From positions 5,146,001 to 5,210,000 of the forward strand of contig JBHGNT010000011.1 in assembly GCA_043228905.1 (NCBI GenBank): DNA of 64,000 nt, read 5' to 3'. Source of the DNA: Azolla caroliniana. Lineage: Eukaryota; Plantae; Polypodiophyta. This document shows, piece after piece, positions 1 to 12,100 of this stretch. The stretch's first letter is position 1. Every line of letters starts with the position of its first letter. Below the pieces are notes generated by a model. That model saw nothing but the letters and a program-made list of their open reading frames with translations, was not told the origin of the DNA and searched no databases. The translations under genes and the position numbers were made by a program.

Positions 1-3000
1 CTACCGAGTACCCTTGGTCCATACTATGAAAGACAACTATTCGCCACAAGGATGCGGTCGTTAGCTCAGCGAAATCCTTGACCATCTTCTCCAATTGTTT
101 AAACCTAAACGGTTCATCGTCGTATGATGACCCAGCCATTCGAAATCCGTAAGGAATATCCGCAATCATTAGCGTATATTCCTTCTTTGGCACCTTCTGG
201 ATCAAGTCGATGACATCACCGCAAACCACATTGTAGTAAAGATCTCTCGTAATATCTTTTTTGTGGCTAAATTTTTTAAAGGAGCCATCTTCCTCCATTT
301 CGTACGCCTTGACTAAGCGACGATCCTTTTCTTTTCTGGCTCGCTCGAGATGTGCAAGGAAGGATGTAGGGAAATCGTGTATATCCTTAACTTCTCCTTG
401 TTTCTTGCCTCGACACGGTTTCTAATAGAAGCAGTAGGACATCAGGTATTATTATACAAGCTCTACATATGATGAAAGGGTAATGAAAAAACATGAATAC
501 TAACCCAATCCTTGAATGCAATAAAATACTCTGATAACGCCTTATACGAAGACGTTAGAGGATAATCCTCGGTCACTTGTTCCCAAGTTATACATCCAAG
601 TTGTTTCATCATAACTTCTTGGATCTTCATGTACACCTTATGACTGTAAAATTAGAAATCAAGATTAGAACTTTGAATTACACCAGATAGACTACAATTT
701 CAGTATTTGAAAGACTTACTTATTGAACTCAGTGACCATTTCTTCAAGGCTTAAATCTTTCACCACAACCCTTGACAAAGCCGACACAAGAAACTGCTCG
801 TCCTTAATACCTTGCATCGCTCTCCATAGAGACAGCGTCATGTCGTCTGCCGCTTCTTCAATTGTCAAGTCAATTTTCTTGGCGGCTTGTGACTTTTAAC
901 TCTAGTTGAGGTTCAACCCTACATTTCTTTTGTCGTTGACCCTTTACCTCCTTATTCTCCCACATTGAGAAGATTTGATCTTGTAGGTCCCATACTTCTC
1001 CATCTCTAAACGCCAATTGAAACCAAGACTCATACTTTCGAAGACCATCGGACCTAACATTATCATCTACCACAATGCCGACTTCATGCAGACATTGACG
1101 TCGAAGGCCTGGATGTAACTTCACACCAAACTTTTGTTTCACGTCTAAATACTCGTGGTGGAAGAACCGTATACGCTCAATGGACGACATTTTCTACCTA
1201 TAGTCATTATCATTATTATGGTCCCATGCCAACAGCTTAGCCTCTTCGGTTGTGAGCCCAACATAAATTTTGCACTCGGCATACTTGAAGAAGAAAGTTG
1301 TTGGATGTTCTCTCACAAGTTGCCGACGTGCCTCTGCTGAATGCGATCCACCAATGACAAAATAATTATATTGATCATGCTTTCTAATATCAAAATCTTC
1401 AATGGTTTCACATTCTTCAGGATTTACCATAACAATAAAGGGCACCACAGTGGCATGAGGATTAATTTTCATTTTTTTCTTGAGATTTTGAACATGCATG
1501 CGGTGTGGCTCTCTAATCTCAAGTGGTCGTCGACCTGTTTTTTCATCAATAGGGGGCCGATGGATGTGTGTTATAGGCAAATTAAACACTTGCCCTTTCC
1601 TGACCAGTTTCTGTTGCATTAACTCTCTCCTTATCTTATTCTACTCGGATGACAAAACAACCGAGGCCAGCTCAGCTCCTGGCGTCCCCTTATTATCCTC
1701 CTCTTCGTTTTCACTTGTTGAATCCGTATCCGACATTTTGGTTGTCTTCTTCTTTGGTGGTCTTGATTGGACTTTGGATACCCTTTTTGTGGCCTTCAAT
1801 GGGGAGGGCACTTCATCTCTTAGAGTTACATGGCTTTGTATATAAGGCCTCAAGGTAACAATAAGGTTTTGTGAGCTATCAAGTGCTTTTTTGAACGCTT
1901 CTGGCCCACAAGATTCCTTTACTAAAAGGTCTTCTGAAAGGAACACTTTACGTACCCCCTTGGAGCACTCTATCATTACCAGTATGTTGGTCGAATCTGC
2001 ATCTTCGTAGTGAAATCGTAGAATACGGCCATACATAAATGGGGTTTCCTTTCCAAGCTGCCCCTCACCCTTCTTCTTTGTTGTATACAATACGACTTTT
2101 TTCTTTGAGTCGACATATTGCATACACCATTCCTTGTCCATTAGATCTCGGTCAGGAAGGTCTTCACCTCCAGTAGCGGCGACAAGTTTCTTTTGGCTAA
2201 CATCACTATGTGGCTGAGATTTTGTCTCTTCGTTAAAGAGAAGCTTTTTTCCTCTCGTCATGGTCTCAGGAGCTACCTTGGTCTGGGCTTCGATTGGAGA
2301 ACCTTGTATGCGAAGCTTTATTTTCTTCACGGGTCGGTCTGACAGGTTCTCAAACGACCTATTTAAGAAAGTATATGCAAAAACAGAAGTTAGGTAGTCA
2401 CGTAGATTAAGGTTGTATATTAACATGAAGAACAGTTCCCACTAGCAGTCCTATATTCAAAAATCTATTATAGGCAGGGCTATTCAACCTAGAAAATATA
2501 TATCGTAATAAGTAAACAGGGTTATATATTCTTTTAAATAGTAGGTATGACTTATATAGATTCCAAACCTATATTGAGGAGAATTTGCTATCGTAAAGGC
2601 AATTTGTGGATCATTTTCTACTATTTTAAGCTAAAGTAGGTCATAAAACACCTATAATTAGAGCATGTTTTTTTTTAAAAGTAAGGAAAGTCAACATAAG
2701 AAAGACTGATTTTGCCAGACAATTTGATATCTTTTCCACCCCATAATTATTTGTTACCCCAAAAACACAATTTTTCTCTCTCAGAGCCTTCTTTTATACA
2801 GGAACTTGATACGGCGTATCGAGTTCCTGTTTAAATCCTAAACTTTAAACGGGAACTCGTTACGCCGTATCGAGTTCCTCTGCTTTCTTTGCTTTTTAAA
2901 CGGGAACTCTCGATACGGCGTATCGAGTTCCTGTTTAATGTTTAGGTTTTAAACAGGAACTCGATATGCCGCATCGAGTTCTCGTTTAAAAAGCAAAAAC

Positions 3001-3168
3001 AAATTATGAACTCGATACGCCGTATCGAGTTCATGTATAAAGTTTGTATTGTATACATGAACTCGATACGGCGTATCGAGTTCTTGAGAAACGAAACATA
3101 TTTACAAAAATGTCCACAGTGTCAGAGGCCTACCTGGAGTCCTCGCGCTCAATTCTCTTTGAAGACAT
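1..3168 (-). pseudogene. Spliced ParB/Srx-like domain + N4-cytosine/N6-adenine DNA methyltransferase fusion gene (3' end outside window; disrupted in this copy)
   Basis: Hand-spliced model: exon1 3168-3134 (MSSKRIEREDS+AG), GT-AG intron 3133-2359, exon2 2358-720, intron 719-644, exon3 643-505, intron 504-422, exon4 421-<1; phases are compatible. ParB-like segment IREP...YFVIGGSHSAEA...AWDHNNDNDYR*KMSSIER. Last exon reads VVCGDVIDLIQKVPKKEYTLMIADIPYG (DIPY at 160-149), like the GD..L...D.I.TDPPY start of beta-class amino-MTases. Lesions: TAG 1643-1641, TAG 1196-1194, frameshift near 895. Confidence 0.75.
2802..3083. repeat. Array of six 25-bp palindromes GAACTCGATACG(G/C)CGTATCGAGTTC with 26-bp AT-rich spacers
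   Basis: Palindrome centres at 2814, 2865, 2918, 2969, 3020, 3071 (51-bp period; one 53 caused by a 2-nt insertion). Confidence 0.95.
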
Positions 3169-3310
3169 GGTTGATCGTGTGGAAGTGGAGGTGGAGATCG
3201 CGCTTTCGTGCTTTGTGCTCTGTGTGCTTTGTGTGCTTTGTGTGCTCTATACGTTCTGTGTGCTCTGTACACTCTGTACGCTCTTGTGAGTGAAATATGA
3301 CGAGGTCTTC

Positions 3311-3320
3311 CTATTTATAG
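3311..3320 (-). promoter_or_regulatory. TATA box (CTATAAATAG) for the ParB-MTase gene
   Basis: Canonical plant TATA about 145 nt upstream of the ATG at 3168; the intervening leader has short AGCACACAA-like repeats. Confidence 0.55.
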
Positions 3321-4029
3321 GGATTGACCACATTGGTTAAAGTAACCATAGTCACCTTAACCAAGCTTGGTAACTTTGAGGATAATTAGTTGGTAACCAT
3401 AGTCACATTAACTAGAATAACTTATGATTGTATTAATGATTACAAAGTCAAACTAACATATTGATCAATCTTTTATAGTCATAACAACCTACAATGACTT
3501 CAAAGGTTATGAAGGAGACAATGATAGATGTTCATGAATGTACCAATGATTGATTACTAAAAGCAACAATTTTTATGACTCTCAAATGCTATGTATTAAA
3601 GATGTTGGCATGAATTAACTAATGATTGATAAGTCTAATATTTAAAATGGTGAGCATTAAAGAACAATGAGTGAGACGTTCTATATCAAAATGGGTGCCA
3701 TTAATTAGCCAATGATTTTAACATTAATCCAACATATTCATGGCTTGTTAATGATTAGTTTTATATTTTACTTGATTTAACTTCATATAGATCTAGTTTA
3801 TATAATAATTGATATTTTAAGTACAATTACTTTATTAAAAATAATTTTTTGATGTATTGTATTAATAGAATATTACATAATATAGACATTCTATTGATTT
3901 GGCTTTTGTTTAGAGAGAAGTTTATGTTTAGAGAGGAGTATATGTTTAGAGAGGAGCTTATTAGTTTTTTTCCTTACCCTAAGCAAATAACTTAGAGAGC
4001 CCTATCTAGACCTTAAGCCATGAGTGAAG

Positions 4030-4185
4030 ATTCACCGTTCTCGATTGAAGAATATTGTTTGTCATCAGACCCATCGTTTTCTACTGAAGAGTATTGTTTG
4101 TCAACAGAGTCACCATATTCGATTGAAGAATATTGTCTGTCGACCGACTCACCATATTCTATCGAAGAATATTGTCTGAGCTCAT
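4030..4185 (+). repeat. 39-bp coding tandem repeat (13 aa, SP[F/Y]SIEEYCLS[S/T][D/E]) x4
   Basis: Visible in DNA and in the translation of ORF 4020..5126. Confidence 0.9.
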
Positions 4186-7100
4186 CTACAGGGAATGTAA
4201 ATAATGACACATGTGAAGAGTTCTCTATTGAAGAATACGATATTAATAAAGATACCGAGAATGAAGGAAGTGCCCAGGAAACATTGAATAACATTGGCGA
4301 TGGTCACAATAGAGAATTAGACTGTCACAAGGTTACACCAACCTCTATGCAGGAAGAGAAATCTGGGAGCCCTATGCATATTAGAAGAATCCCACGAAGA
4401 ATTCGTCTGGCTAGATTTAGCTTGGTGACATCAGATAAACAGATTGGATTTGATGTCAAAAAAATATGTTGTGCCCGTGGTTGTATGTCTATGATTGGAA
4501 AATCAAAGTTGCGAGAATTAAGGCGATACTATTTTTCGATGACCGGTGATGAGCAAGACACTTACCTCGGGTCACATATGCAACTAGTATCTGACAAATG
4601 TATGGGGATCAAAGTATCATTCGAGTATTATATCTTCCATGCGCAACATATATGTAGAGTTGCATTCAAAATTGCGTTATGTGTTAGTAACATGCGGCTA
4701 CATAGAGTACAACAACGTCTACTTAGCGGGGATCAGATGCTCAATTGTAAAGAGGTTCCAAGTATGAAAGGTGCAATTGGAAGACATGCTATTGGCTGGA
4801 TGAAAACTTACTTTCAGTTAAATTGTGAAGTAATGCCCACTATAGGTAGGATGCATCTTTCTGATAATTATACACGTCGGGAAGTTTATGATGTCTATCG
4901 ATCTGATATGCTGGGCTCACGTAATAAGTCTATCACCTATAGCCAATTCACAAGATTATGGAGAGCTCGGTTTTCAAATGTTATTATTCCTCGTAAAGTA
5001 CGTATGGGGTATTGCTCCATTTGTGCAAATCTTAAAAGTTTGGCTAAAGGTGCAAAGACATCAATGGAAAAGGATACGAGTAAGAAGTTACTACAAGAGC
5101 ATCGTGAGGCACAATCCTTAGAATGAAGGAAGGCGATGCATCATAGAGAGAAGTGTTTGAAGAGGCCCGAACAATACATGTGCTTAATGATAGATGGCAT
5201 GGACCAGAAGAAGACATGCTTGCCGCATATGCGGAGGCTCCCCAAAGATGTCAATGATGAGTGCCTTGTTCAAATGCACTTGGTGGGATGCTTGGCTTAT
5301 AATAGGTCTGTTCAACCTCACGTCTTCATTACTTACCCCAATGTTCACAATGACCCTAACCTAACAGTTATAGTGATTCACCGAGTTTTGATGTCTTGGG
5401 GACAACCTTTCCCCCCTGTTCTATACATTCAATTGGACAATACTGCTAGAGAGAACAAAATTCAACTGTATTTGGCTATCTAAGTATGTTGGTCAACCTA
5501 GAATTGTTTAGGAAAGTGAAAGTCAATTTCCTTTTGGTTGGCCACACACATGACCATATAGATAAGATGTTTAGCACATTCTCCAGACAGTTGTCTCGGC
5601 ATGATGCTTTCACTTTACCTAAACTATTTGATGTCATTTGTGATGCTTATACACCACGCCCAAAAGTGTTACACTTGAAGGAGGTATATGACTTTAAGAG
5701 ATATATATTAGATGGGGGTGGTGGGAATCTTAAAGTGCTTGCTCAGTTAAACAATATAAGTTTCAATCACATTTTTATGATAAAGAAAAATGGAATAAGT
5801 GGTTCTACACTTTTGTATGCTAAACAATATTCATCTTCTACAACATGGGAACCTGAAGGTGGTTGCCAGTTATTACTTTGTATGCCGAGTACAATTGTCC
5901 ATGGAGCTAAGCAAATGCCAATTGAGAAGAAAGGACAGTTGCAGAGCGACTTGGTATTAGAACAAAAACGGTCATGGCTCCAAGCCTTAGAAGAAAAAAG
6001 AAAGCATATTGAGGCCGCCAAGAAATATGCCGCACAACAAGACACGTCATGGTGGGATGTATTTTATAGTGATCAGAAAGAAATTATAGACAATTGTGTA
6101 TCTGTTGATAATTGGAATTTGGAAACGCCATTCACATGGTCGCTGCAACATGATCACGTAAATAGAAGTCCGGAGCAACTAGTAAATGCGATTAATGACA
6201 GCTTGGTCCATCCACAACAAAGAGACATTTATGTGGGACCAAGGATGACCAAAGCAACCGAAGCTAGATGGCAAGGAAATTTGCAAGAGCTCACCGCGGG
6301 GATGTTGATTGCAACGCCGGCTGATGAGAACTCACATGGCCACCAATTTTGGGTTGGTAAAATTCTAGAAGTGCTAATGCATGAAATAGAAAACACGATC
6401 AAGTCTATAAATGTTCATTGGTACAACACTAGAAGTGCAAATGCTTTTACAGGTAAGTATACATTGGAGATGATTGAATGCCAAACAAGAAGGGGAGGTA
6501 GGAAGAGGAAGCGAAACATTCGTAACACCTCGACCCTTTATATCTCTGATGTGGATATTTGTTGGGATTTTCGGTCCCTCCGGATGGGATGTCCGGAGAT
6601 GAATAACGGCAATCCTGGTTACGGTTACGGTTACGGTCCCGGCTACGGAGCCGGATGATGAAGACCCCGGCTACGGAGCCGGATGATGAACGTACCCGGA
6701 GCGAGATCCGGATGCGGAGACATATTTGTGAATATGCTTACCAAGGGCCCTTGAGGCTATAGTTGTAAATAACCCGAAAGTCATATGTGTATAAATATGA
6801 CTTAGGGCAAACAGTTTTATGTTGTTGCTCATTTTTCTGTTTTCATCTAGAGGGAGCGAAGTGAGAGCAGCCGAGAGAGAGAGAGAAGGAAGAGGTCGAC
6901 GCCTCTGTGTAATACCGCCGCCTGTGGCGAGGATAGCGAGCTCAAGGTCGTCGCCTTGCAGCTCGCCATTGTATATTTCCCAGCGTATAGTGATAGTTGG
7001 AGTCTTGCACTCCCGTGGTTTTTCCCGCCTAGGGTTTTCCACGTTAATCCCTGTGTATTCGTGTCTTTCTCCGTGTTTCCTATTTTCTGCTGCATTGATT

Positions 7101-9116
7101 CGCGTTTCCTCGGTTGTGGCCGAGTGGTGAAGGTGAATCGAAGCGTCGATTCCCAACAAACTGGTATCAGAGCGAGCTGCTACAGAAAATGGAAGGCGGC
7201 GGCAGCGGGCAGCCGGGGATGATGGTGCTGAATGCGCAGAATTACGCCGACTGGAAGATCAAGATGGAGGATCTTCTGATTGTTCGGGACCTGTACGAAC
7301 CGATTGACAGGTCGGAAATACCGAAGGGGGTACTTGAGTCGGAATGGAGGTTTCTGAACCGGAAAGCCATTGCAACCATTCGGCAATACGTCGACGTGAG
7401 CGTTCTACAACATGTGGCGAACGACACCAACGCATATGAGATGTGGCGGAAGCTGTCGGGCCTCTACGAGAGGAAGAATGCGTTGAACCGGACCTCCCTG
7501 ATGAGGAAGATAGTGAACCTCAAGTACCGGGACGGCGAGAGTATGGTGGAACACGTAAGCACGTTCATGGGATTCGTGAACCAGCTTGCGGCGATCAAGT
7601 TCCCGCTGGAGGATGCAATGCAAGCCATCATTCTGATGTGTACATTGCCGGAAAGCTGGGAGAACTTGGTGGTGACTCTCAGCACCTCCTGCACCGAAGA
7701 TAACTTGTCCCTACAAACGGTAAAGACAAGTATTTTGAACGAAGAAGCGCGTCGGAGAGATAAGGAACCGGCCTCCGATCCGAAGATGTTGTTTACCGAA
7801 TCGGATCGGGGAAGACAATGGAACCGGAGTCCGCAAAGACGGGAGAAGTCGGGGACCTGGTCGCAGTCAAGAGGAAGACCCACATGCTTCCACTGTGGGA
7901 AGCCGGGGCACTTCCGAAAGAATTGTCGGCATTACCGAAAAGACAACGGAGCCGACGACACCGATTCGAAGAAGTCACCGGAGAGAAACGGTGCATACCG
8001 GGGAGCCACGGACCGGAGAGGTCCGGATCGGCGAGGGCAGGACCGGAAAGGAACGACGGCACTCGCGGCAAGTGAGGAAGAAATCATGCTCATCACCGAA
8101 GAAGGTGAACTAAACATTGCCGGCGATGAGACGACCTGGGTGATCGATTCCGGAGCATCGTTCCACCTGACCCCGGAGAGAAGATACTTCTCATCCTACA
8201 CAGCCGGCGAGCATGGCTGTGTTCGGATGGGAAATGAAGGTACGTGCCGGATTGCCGGCATAGGAGACGTGTGGTTGACAACCTCGACCGGATGCAAAAT
8301 GCTGCTGAAGGATGTCCGACACGTTCCGGAGGTTCGATTGAACCTGATTTCGGCCGGGAGGCTAGACGATGAAGGCTAAACAGGTAGCATCCGGAACGGC
8401 GTAATGAAGTTCAGCAAGGGGAGCCTGATAGTGGCTCGGGCGCGGAAAGTCAACACACTGTACCTTATGAATGCCTGGTTGTGTCCGGAAGAGTTGAACG
8501 TGGCAGCCGACACTGCCGGTGAGCTGTGGCACAAGAGACTGTGCCACATGAGTGAGAAGGGGATGAAGAGGCTTGCAGAAGACAACCTTATTCCAGTGAA
8601 GCATGTGCACCTAGAGAAGTGCACCGATTGCCGGGCCGGTAAGCAGAACCGAACCTCCTTCCACTCAAGGCCACCGACGAGACGTAGCGCACCATTGGAG
8701 CTGGTGCACAGTGACGTGTGTCAAGTAGAAACGAAGTCACATGGCGGAGCCCAGTACTTCGTGACATTCATTGATGACCACAGCCGGAAGCTGTGGACGG
8801 CACCGTTGAAGACAAAGGACCAAGTGTTGTGCGTCTTCAAAGAACTTCACGCGAGAGTGGAAAGGGAATCCGGCAAGAAGCTGAAAGCGATACGAGCGGA
8901 TAACGGAGGGGAATACCGGGGGCAGTTCCAGGAGTACTGTCGCTCGAAGGGAATCCGGCTCGAGTTTACTGTGCCGAAGACGCCGGAACTGAACGGGCTG
9001 GCCGAGAGGATGAACCGGACCATAATGGAGAGGGTCCGGAGTATGCTGGCACATGCGAAATTACCCAAGGGGTTTTGGGCTGAGGCAATGTCGACGGCGA
9101 CATACGTGATAAACAG

Positions 9117-12100
9117 TGTTGGGATTTCGGTCCCTCCGGATGGGATGTCCGGAGATGAATGACGGCAAGCCCGGAGGCTGTTACGGAACCGTAGGATGAA
9201 GACCCCGGCTACGGAGCCGGATGATGAAGACCCCGGTTACGGAACCGGATGATGAAGACCCCGGTTACGGAACCGGATGATGAAGACCCCGGTTACGGAG
9301 CCGGATGATGAAGACCCCGGTTACGGAACCGGATGATGAATGTACCCGGAGAGAGATCCGGATGCGGAGACATATTTGTGAATATGTTTGCCAAGAGCCC
9401 TTGAGGCTATATTTGTAAATAGCCCGAAAGTCATATGTGTATAAATATGACTTAGGGCAAACAGTTTTATGTTGTTGCTCATTTTCTGTTTTCACTGAGA
9501 GGAAGCGAAGTGAGAGCAGCCGAGAGAGAGATAGAGCGCGAGAGAGATGAAGAGGTAGACGCCTCTGTGTATTTCCGCCGCCTGTGGCGAGGACAGCGAG
9601 CTCAAGGTCGTTTGCCTTGCAGCTCGCCATTGTATATTTCTCTGTGCATAGTTTGGTTTGGAGTCTCGCACTCCCGTGGTTTTTCCCGTATAGGGTTTTC
9701 CACGCTAATTCCTGTGTATCGCGTCTTTCTCTGTATTTCCTATTTTTCTGCTGCATTGATCCGCGATTACTTGGTTGTGGCCAAGAGGTGAAGGTGAATC
9801 CAAGCGCTGATTCCCGACAAACTGGTATCAGAGCGACTGTTGCAGAAAATGGAAGGCGGCGGCAGCGGGCAGCCGATGATGATGGTGCTGAATGCACAAA
9901 ATTACGCCGACTGGAAGATCAAGATGGAGGACCTTCTGATTGTTCGGGACCTGTACGAACCGATTGACAGGTCGGAAATACCGAAAGGGGTACTTGAGTC
10001 GGAATGGAAGCTTCTGAACCGGAAAGCCGTAGCGACGATCCGACAATACGTCGACGTGAGCGTCCTACAACATGTGGCAAACGACACCAACGCATATGAG
10101 ATGTGGATGAAGCTGTCGGGCCTCTACGAGAGGAAGAATGCGTTGAACCGGACCTCCCTGATGAGGAAGATAGTGAATCTCAAGTACCGGGACGGCGAGA
10201 GTATGGTGGAACACGTAAGCACGTTCATGGGATTCGTGAATCAGCTTGCGGCGATCAAGTTCCCGTTGGAGGATGCAATGCAAGCCATCATCCTGATGTG
10301 TACACTGCCGGACAGCTGGGAGAACTTGGTGGTGACTCTCAGCACCTCCTGCACGGAAGACAACTTGTCCCTACAAACGGTAAAGACAAGTATTCTAAAT
10401 GAAGAAGCGCGTCGGAGAGATAAAGAACCGGCCTCCGACTCGAAGGCGCTGCTTACCGAATCGGAACGGGGAAGACACTGGAACCGGAGTCCGCAAAGAC
10501 GGGAGAAGTCGGGGACCCGGTCGCAGTCAAGAGGAAGACCCACATGCTTCCACTGTGGGAAGCCGGGGCACTTTCGGAAGAATTGTCGGCATTACCGAAA
10601 GGACAACGGAGCCGACGACACGGATTCGAAGAAGTCACCGGAGAGAAACGGTGCATACCGGGGAGCCACGGACCGGAGAGGTCCGGATCGGCGAGGGCAG
10701 GACCGGAAAGGAACGACGGCACTCGCGGCAAGTGAAGAGGAGATCATGCTCATCACCGAAGAAGGTGAACTAAACATTGCCGGCGATGAGACGACCTGGG
10801 TGGTCGATTCCGGAGCGTCGTTCCACCTGACCCCGGAGAGAAGATACTTTTCATCCTACACAGCCGGCGAGCATGGCTGTGTTCGGATGGGAAATGAAGG
10901 TACGTGCCGGATTGCCGGCATCGGAGACGTGTGGTTGACAACCCCGACCGGATGCAAAATGCTGCTGAAGGATGTCCGTCACGTTCCGGAGGTTCGATTG
11001 AACCTGATTTCGGCCGGGAGGCTAGACGATGAAGGCTACACAGGTAGCATCCGGAACGGCATAATGAAGTTCAGCAAGGGGAGCCTGATAGTGGCTCGGG
11101 CCCGGAAAGTCAACACACTGTACCTGATGAATGCCCGGTTATGTCCGGAAGAGCTGAATGTGGCAGCCGACACTGCCGGTGAGCTGTGGCACAAGAGACT
11201 GTGCCACATGAGTGAGAAGGGGATGAAGAGGCTTGCAGAAGACAACCTTATCCCAGTGAAGCATGTGCACCTGGAGAAGTGCACCGATTGCCTGGCCGGT
11301 AAGCAGAACCGAACCTCCTTCCACTCAAGGCCACCGACGAGACGTAGCGCACCATTGGAGTTGGTGCACACTGACGTGTGTCAGGTAGAGACGAAGTCAC
11401 ATGGCGGAGCCCAGTACTTCGTAACATTCATCGATGATCATAGCCGAAAACTGTGGACGGCACCGATGAAGACAAAGGACCAAGTGTTGTGCGTCTTCAA
11501 AGAACTCCACGCGAGAGTGGAAAGGGAATCCGGCAAGAAGCTGAAAGCGATACGAGCGGATAACGGAGGGGAATACCGAGGGCAGTTCCAGGAGTACTGT
11601 CGCTCGAAAGGAATCCGGCTCGAGTTTACTGTGCCGAAGACGCCGGAACTGAACGGGCTGGCCGAGAGGATGAACCGGACTATAATGGAGCGGGTCCGGA
11701 GTATGCTGGCGCATGCGAAATTACCCAAGGGGTTTTGGGCTGAGGCAATGTCGACGGCGACATATGTGATAAATAGATCACCCTCAGTACCTTTGGACGG
11801 GGACACGCCGCAGAAAGTGTGGACCGGTAAGGAAGTGTCCTACCGGCATCTGAAGGTGTTCGGGTGTCTCGCATACGTGCATGTGGCAAAGGACCGGAGA
11901 GGAAAGCTAGATCCAAAGACCCGGCCATGCATATTCCTCGGTTACGGCGACGACGAGTTCGGCTACCGAGTATGGGACCCGGTCGACAAGAAGATATTCA
12001 GGAGTCGAGACATCATCTTCATGGAGGACAAGACACTCGCCGACTGGGAGTCGGAGAAGAAGGTGAAGAGCTCCAAGTCGACCGGTCAGGATCAACTCTA

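Noticed and set aside
1194-1643. Stops repaired by U-to-C RNA editing
   Set aside because: That editing is organellar in ferns and hornworts; this is nuclear TE DNA and deamination is a simpler explanation.
870-2426. Three separate small genes as listed in the ORF track
   Set aside because: They are in one frame separated by single TAG codons and are parts of one exon.
2802-3083. True CRISPR array
   Set aside because: Eukaryotic intron context, no cas genes, repeats are complete palindromes, and spacers are inverted relatives of each other rather than foreign sequence.
1-3168. Bacterial contamination explaining the ParB-MTase
   Set aside because: Three GT-AG introns, a plant TATA box and contiguity with plant retroelements.
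3006-3293. Plus-strand ORFs 3006..3293 and 3044..3289
   Set aside because: By-products of the palindromes and leader repeats, antisense to exon 1.
9265-9897. Antisense or env-like ORF in the copia LTR (also 6671..7159, 14065..14556, 20650..21060)
   Set aside because: The frame is not conserved among A, B and C and there is no recognisable domain.
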